Positions 60,380 through 64,000 of a stretch of 64,000 nt of DNA are shown here, piece by piece. Position 1 is the first letter of the stretch. Each line of letters begins with the position of its first letter. Where the stretch lies: positions 256,001 through 320,000 of the forward strand of contig OZ219872.1 in the NCBI GenBank assembly GCA_964291495.2, read 5' to 3'. The notes under the pieces were generated by a model, which worked only from the letters and a program-made list of their open reading frames with translations, was not told the origin of the DNA and ran no database searches. Position numbers and translations under genes: made by a program. This stretch comes from Dehalococcoidia bacterium. Its GTDB lineage: Bacteria; Chloroflexota; Dehalococcoidia; UBA2979.

Positions 60380-60513
60380 CCAGTATAGCCGCCCGCTCCG
60401 GTTGGGGCAGCGGCGCGAGGCGTGATCCTGGCCGCGTGGCCGGCGAGGCCGGCAGGGGCGCGGAGCAAGGGAGGACTTTATCGGAGTTTTCCAGCATTTT
60501 AGTGCACTTAAGG

Positions 60514-60542
60514 TTGACACCAGAGGGGTCACGCCGTAAGGT
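60514..60542 (+). promoter_or_regulatory. Sigma70-type promoter
   Basis: TTGACA-N17-TAAGGT with AT-rich upstream segment. Confidence 0.7.
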
Positions 60543-60653
60543 TATGTCTCTGGTGCGCCGCCTGCACACAGCGAACGCACACGATTGGTAGTCAGGCGTC
60601 GGGGCAAAATCTGGGGGGATCCAACACCGGCGCCACGGGAAGGCAGAAGAACG

Positions 60654-60923
60654 ATGGCTACGGCAGCACAGACCGGACACGACGTGCAGACCAACGCGAC
60701 CTCGCGCATGGCCTGCGTCCACCACTGGGTGATCGAGTCCCCGAGCGGGCGTGAGAGCGCCGGCTTCTGCAAGCGCTGCGGGCTCACGCGGAACTTCGCG
60801 AACGCTACCGAGAACGTGATGTGGGAGCACACGAACACCGTGAGCAACTCCCCCATCAGCGCACTCCGGCACCTCCCCCGGCCGGACCACTCCCTGCTCT
60901 CCGACGAGATCGTGCGCGACTGA
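60654..60923 (+). CDS. Small putative Zn-binding protein (CxHHW...CxxC)
   Basis: CVHHWVIESPSGRESAGFCKRCG; has its own promoter and downstream hairpin. Confidence 0.75.
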   Translation: MATAAQTGHDVQTNATSRMACVHHWVIESPSGRESAGFCKRCGLTRNFANATENVMWEHTNTVSNSPISALRHLPRPDHSLLSDEIVRD

Positions 60924-60950
60924 CCTCGCGACGCAGGGGATGAGACAAGG

Positions 60951-60978
60951 CGGCGCCCCCGGAATTCCGGGGGCGCCG
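60951..60978. terminator. Perfect 28-bp palindrome, probable terminator
   Basis: CGGCGCCCCCGGAATTCCGGGGGCGCCG. Confidence 0.6.
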
Positions 60979-61067
60979 TACTTCGTCCGGGCATCCACCG
61001 CGACCGTCGCACTGCCCCACCCGCGCCTGCGGCGGGTATCATGAACGCACCCGGAGCGAGGCGGCGC

Positions 61068-61997
61068 ATGGACCTCAGCCTCACCATCGGCCGCGGCGGC
61101 AAGCAGGAGCTGCTGCTCAAGAACCCCGTCCTCACGGCCTCCGGCACCCTCTCCAACGGCATCGAGTTCGCGCGCCGCTTCGACATCGACGCGCTCGGCG
61201 GCGTGATCTCGAAGGGCACGACGCTGCGGCCGCGCCGCGGCAACCCGCAGCCCCGCACCGTCGAGACGCCGGCAGGGATGATCAATTCGATCGGCTTCCA
61301 GAACGTCGGCGTGGGCGCACTGATCCGCGACCTGGCCCCCGCCTGGGCGCGCTGGGACACGCCCGTCCTCGTCAACATCATGGGCGACACCGTGCACGAG
61401 TTCGGCCGGCTCGCCGAACGCCTCGAGGGCGTCCCGGGCGTCGCCGGCCTCGAGGTCAACGTCTCCTGCCCCAACGTCGAGGTCGGCGGGATGGAGTTCG
61501 GGCAGGACTGCGATCTGACGGCCGAGGTGGTGGCCGAGGTACGGCGCAGCACCACGCTCCCCTTCGCCGTCAAGCTCACGCCGAGCGTCACCGACATCCG
61601 CCCCTTCGCCGAGGTCTGTGAGCAGGCCGGCGCCGACGCGCTCTCGCTGATCAACACCGTGCCGGCGACCGCGATCGACATCGAACGGCGGCGGCCCGCG
61701 ATCGCCACCATCTTCGGCGGGCTCTCCGGGCCCGCGATCAAGCCGATCGCGCTGCGCAGCGTCTACCTCGCCGCCTCCGTCACCAGCCTCCCGATCATCG
61801 CCTCGGGCGGGGTGATGGGCGGCCGCGACGCTGTCGAGTTCCTGATGGCCGGCGCCAGCGCCGTGCAGGTCGGCACCGCCACCTTCACCGAACCGGGCGC
61901 GCCCTGGCGCGTGCTCGACGAGCTGCGCGAGTGGTGCGAGGCTGAGGGCGTCGGGGGCCTCGACGAGGTCGTCGGGGCCGCGCGGCGGCGCGACTGA
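61068..61997 (+). CDS. pyrD: Dihydroorotate dehydrogenase (family 1B catalytic subunit)
   Basis: KNPVLTASGT, GNPQPR, NVSCPN, KLTP, GGLSGPAIKP; alternative start 61041. Confidence 0.95.
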   Translation: MDLSLTIGRGGKQELLLKNPVLTASGTLSNGIEFARRFDIDALGGVISKGTTLRPRRGNPQPRTVETPAGMINSIGFQNVGVGALIRDLAPAWARWDTPVLVNIMGDTVHEFGRLAERLEGVPGVAGLEVNVSCPNVEVGGMEFGQDCDLTAEVVAEVRRSTTLPFAVKLTPSVTDIRPFAEVCEQAGADALSLINTVPATAIDIERRRPAIATIFGGLSGPAIKPIALRSVYLAASVTSLPIIASGGVMGGRDAVEFLMAGASAVQVGTATFTEPGAPWRVLDELREWCEAEGVGGLDEVVGAARRRD

Positions 61998-62011
61998 GCG
62001 AGGAGGCTGCG

Positions 62012-62221
62012 ATGCGCGGTGGTGCGGGCCTGCTTGGCGGCGCGCTGTGGCTGATCTCGGGAGCGTTCGCCGGCGCGGCCTGGGGCTGGGCCGGGATGCG
62101 GGTGCTCTACCGGTTCTTCGACGTCGACAGCGCCGAGGCCGCCGTCGCGGGCGGCGTAGTCTTCGGCCTCGCCGTCGCGCTGGCGCTCTGGGGCCTCGGC
62201 TGGCGCGAAGTCCGCGGGTAA
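62012..62221 (+). CDS. Small membrane protein
   Basis: GAGGAGG RBS; two TM segments. Confidence 0.55.
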   Translation: MRGGAGLLGGALWLISGAFAGAAWGWAGMRVLYRFFDVDSAEAAVAGGVVFGLAVALALWGLGWREVRG

Positions 62222-62302
62222 ACCCTCGCCGACTCTGTTCCGAGGCGTTGACGTGTCCGAGGCGCGGGCCGTAGCGTCGGATCGCACCGTCGGGTGCTGC
62301 TT

Positions 62303-62380
62303 CGGGGTGTAGCTCAGCCAGGGTAGAGCGCTGCGTTTGGGGCGCAGAGGTCCGCAGTTCAAATCTGCGCACCCCGACCA
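62303..62380 (+). tRNA. tRNA-Pro (anticodon TGG)
   Basis: CGGGGTG/CACCCCG acceptor, ttTGGgg loop, GTTCAAATC T-loop, CCA; TTGACG...TAGCGT promoter upstream. Confidence 0.96.
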
Positions 62381-62430
62381 ACACCGACGCGATCGAGCAG
62401 GCCCGAGCAGACGGAGGAGCGGCGAACGCG

Positions 62431-62637
62431 ATGCAGGAAACGCTCCCGCCCTACGTGCTCGTCGTGCGCATCGGCTCGATCCTCAGCATGTCGCTCGCGC
62501 TGGCGGTCGGGTTGCTGCTGTTGTTGGGCGGCTTCGTCCTCGCCTCGCTCGTGGCGTTCGCCGCGTTCCTGCCCTCGCTCGGCATCATGGTCTACGCCGA
62601 GCGCCGGGCCGCCCGCGACGAGCAGGCCGAGGGCTGA
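62431..62637 (+). CDS. Small membrane protein
   Basis: GGAGGAG RBS; two TM segments. Confidence 0.6.
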   Translation: MQETLPPYVLVVRIGSILSMSLALAVGLLLLLGGFVLASLVAFAAFLPSLGIMVYAERRAARDEQAEG

Positions 62638-62694
62638 TCGCCGCCTTCGCCGGCCTCGCGCTGCCGTAAGCCGGGAAGCGCCTATCCTGTCGGC

Positions 62695-62958
62695 ATGTAC
62701 GAACAGAACTCGGGACCAGAGCCCGGCGGCTGTCGCGAGACGCTGCTGCTCACGCGCATCGCCTTCGGCGTGCTGATCCCGCCGCTGCTCGCCGTCGGCG
62801 CCGTGCTCGTGCTGCTGATCGCCGGCTTCGTGCTCTTCACCACGCACCCGCTGCTCGGCCTGCTGCCGCTAATCCCGATCGCCGCCGGCCTCTTCTGGAT
62901 CGCGAGGCGCGAACGGAACGACGACCGCGACCTGGACGACCTCGACCTGCCGCGCTGA
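62695..62958 (+). CDS. Small membrane protein
   Basis: Hydrophobic hairpin with acidic tail; GC3-rich codons. Confidence 0.6.
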   Translation: MYEQNSGPEPGGCRETLLLTRIAFGVLIPPLLAVGAVLVLLIAGFVLFTTHPLLGLLPLIPIAAGLFWIARRERNDDRDLDDLDLPR

Positions 62959-63003
62959 GGCGGCGGCGGTTCGCCCGGCCCCGTCCTGCGCTAGACTCTT
63001 GGC

Positions 63004-64000
63004 ATGCCGGATCCACGTGTCGTCGCCCGCCAGCGCCTGAGCCGCGAACGCGGCTACGTGCGCAAGGACTGGGGCGGGCGCATCCCGATCGTCCTCGTCT
63101 ACCCCAACTCCTACTACATCGGCATGTCCAACCTCGGGCTGCAGACGGTCTATTCGCTGTTCAACGCCTACCCGGACTTCGTCTGCGAGCGCGCCTTCGT
63201 CGACCCGCCCGAGCGCGGCAAGCGCAACGGCGACGAACCGCCGCACATCGTCTCGCTGGAGTCGCAGCGCCCGCTCGAGGACTTCGCGGTGCTCGCCTTC
63301 ACGCTCTCCTACGAGTACGACTACTTCCACATGGTGCAGGCGCTGAAGAGCGCGCGGATCCCGCTCTGGGCCTCGCAGCGCGATGAGCGGCACCCGCTCG
63401 TGATCGCCGGCGGGGCCTGTATGCTCACCAACCCCGCCGGCGTCGCGCCCTTCCTCGACGCGGCCGTGATCGGCGAGGGCGAGGAGATCGTCCCCTCGCT
63501 CGCCGGCGCCTTCGAGGACGGACTCTACGGCGGCCGCGACGACCTGCTCGACGAGCTGTCCGCGCTCCCCGGCGTCTATGTGCCCGAGCGTCCGCCCCAT
63601 GGCCCCGTCGAGCGCCAATGGGTCGAGGACATCGGCTCGACCGAGGCCTACTCGACGATCCTCACGGACGACACCGAGCTCTCCGACATGACGCTGATCG
63701 AGTGCGCGCGCGGCTGCGGCCGCGGCTGCCGCTTCTGCATCGCCGGCTACGTCTTCCGCCCGCCGCGCTACCGCCCGCTCGAGGATCTGCTCGGCGTCGT
63801 CGAGCACTCGCTGGAGCACAGCGAGCGGGTCGGGCTGCTCGGCGCAGCGGTCGCCGACCACCCCGAGCTGCCCGAGTTGGTGGTCGGCGCGGGCGAGCTG
63901 GGCGCGCGCGTCTCGATCTCCTCGCTGCGCGTCGACAACCTGCGGCCGGAGGTGCTGCGCGTGCTCGCCGCCGGCGGAACGAAGACGGTGACCGTCGCGC
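63004..64000 (+). CDS. Radical SAM protein (runs off window)
   Basis: Manual translation: YPNSYYIGMSNLG...CERAF...ECARGCGRGCRFC (CxxxCxxC). Confidence 0.9.
   Translation, partial: MPDPRVVARQRLSRERGYVRKDWGGRIPIVLVYPNSYYIGMSNLGLQTVYSLFNAYPDFVCERAFVDPPERGKRNGDEPPHIVSLESQRPLEDFAVLAFTLSYEYDYFHMVQALKSARIPLWASQRDERHPLVIAGGACMLTNPAGVAPFLDAAVIGEGEEIVPSLAGAFEDGLYGGRDDLLDELSALPGVYVPERPPHGPVERQWVEDIGSTEAYSTILTDDTELSDMTLIECARGCGRGCRFCIAGYVFRPPRYRPLEDLLGVVEHSLEHSERVGLLGAAVADHPELPELVVGAGELGARVSISSLRVDNLRPEVLRVLAAGGTKTVTVA

Overview
High-GC bacterial chromosome segment. Gene content suggests Chloroflexota (Dehalococcoidia-like, possibly host/sponge-associated); this is inference, not a database result. Left end: a partial molybdopterin oxidoreductase, then lspA, an RluA-family synthase, gltX and tRNA-Gln(CUG). 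About 3.6-25 kb is an island-like accessory block with no integrase: a cytoplasmic trypsin-like protease, two leftward small-ORF clusters sharing an identically spaced GTATG upstream motif (one ends in a RusA-like gene), a one-polypeptide kinase/regulator, a 3260-aa Fn3/cadherin surface protein facing two MarR genes across a phased 7-box operator array, a methyltransferase, and an NCS2-like permease with an RsbW-like tail. About 25-46 kb is catabolic/housekeeping: six SDRs, esterase, Zn-ADH, DUF35, double MaoC, MMPL, CapA, MFS, 5'-3' exonuclease, PAC2, tRNA-Asn. A PyrR-attenuated operon follows (pyrR-pyrB-pyrC-carA-GNAT-frameshifted 2H-like-carB-HAD-chrA-pyrK), then NYN/mrp, an unidentified structured RNA candidate, pyrD, tRNA-Pro(UGG) and a partial radical SAM gene. 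No CRISPR array, rRNA, transposase or reverse transcriptase was seen.
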